DNA of 28,182 nt, taken from Deltaproteobacteria bacterium. GTDB taxonomy: Bacteria; Desulfobacterota; Binatia; UBA12015. The notes beneath the pieces were generated by a model that saw nothing but the letters and a program-made list of their open reading frames with translations, had not been told where the DNA came from and ran no database searches. Each line of letters opens with the position of its first letter. The first letter of the stretch is position 1. A program made the translations under genes and the position numbers. Below are positions 27,749-28,182 of this stretch, piece after piece. The DNA lies in contig JAYGCM010000001.1 of NCBI GenBank assembly GCA_046583355.1, positions 1 to 28,182 of the forward strand, read 5' to 3'.

Positions 27749-28182
27749 TCAATGTCGGACGGGTGAGTCCATGCCCGGCTCGGAGCTCTTTCGAAGCACG
27801 AAAAAATGGTTCCTCAGCTCAGGGAAATCAAAGCCCAGCACTTCCGGCACACGAGTCAATAAGGGTCCGCCCATCCGCAGGGCACCGTAGACGATTCCTC
27901 CAGCCAGCGAGATCGCCTGAAGTGACTCGGAAACATTCTCTTTCCACATGCGGATAGACTCACAGCCCATCTGCATGAGCACATAGGGTGTGTTCAGTTC
28001 CACGTGCTCAACGACGAGACCGCATTTCTCGAATAGGCTCTAATAGATTGCAGGCGATCGATACACCACCTGATAGGCGCCCTGCCGGGTGAGGACGCCA
28101 CGGCGAATGGTGCTCTCACGACAGAGAACGATGCCACCGGGCTCGAGAAAATCAGTCGTTTTCTTCAGCAGCGCCACAGCAT
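27749..28182 (-). pseudogene. 3' part of a class I SAM-dependent methyltransferase with an in-frame TAG
   Basis: Frame reads AVALLKKTTDFLEPGGIVLCRES...YRSPAIY*SLFEKCGL and continues into the 84-aa ORF; stop at 28040-28042. Confidence 0.65.

Noticed and set aside
28040..28042. Amber recoding (pyrrolysine or alternative code)
   Set aside because: TAG is a normal stop for the TonB, SDR, tetR and ogt genes here; no pyl genes in the window

Overview
GC-rich bacterial chromosomal window; protein style suggests a Gram-negative Myxococcota/Binatia-like organism (inference only). The left half is a minus-strand catabolic/uptake cluster: acetoacetyl-CoA synthetase remnant, DUF3556-like membrane protein, phytoene-dehydrogenase-like remnant, two SDRs, a TonB-dependent receptor and the start of a Tat substrate. 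Divergent from it is a TetR protein resembling Vibrio LuxR/SmcR/HapR, and two identically spaced pairs of 20-bp operator-like palindromes sit over the promoters. The middle holds ogt with a collapsed ada/alkA gene, a VOC protein, orphan higA behind a higB stub, a 149-bp inverted-repeat element, an NTF2/LEH-like protein, an MFS transporter and a Gfo/Idh/MocA oxidoreductase. The right half has two unrelated secreted-protein genes (endostatin/DUF1554-like; 1547-aa M4 protease with Calx-beta repeats), each preceded by the same 77-bp palindromic leader. A third degenerate leader copy follows a large STAND-type AAA regulator. RHS and VapC remnants, an unknown secreted protein, a CDP-alcohol phosphatidyltransferase and a methyltransferase with an in-frame TAG complete the window. 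Several genes keep both ends but have lost their interiors, apparently at microhomologies. All family assignments are from motif recognition by eye; no searches were run.
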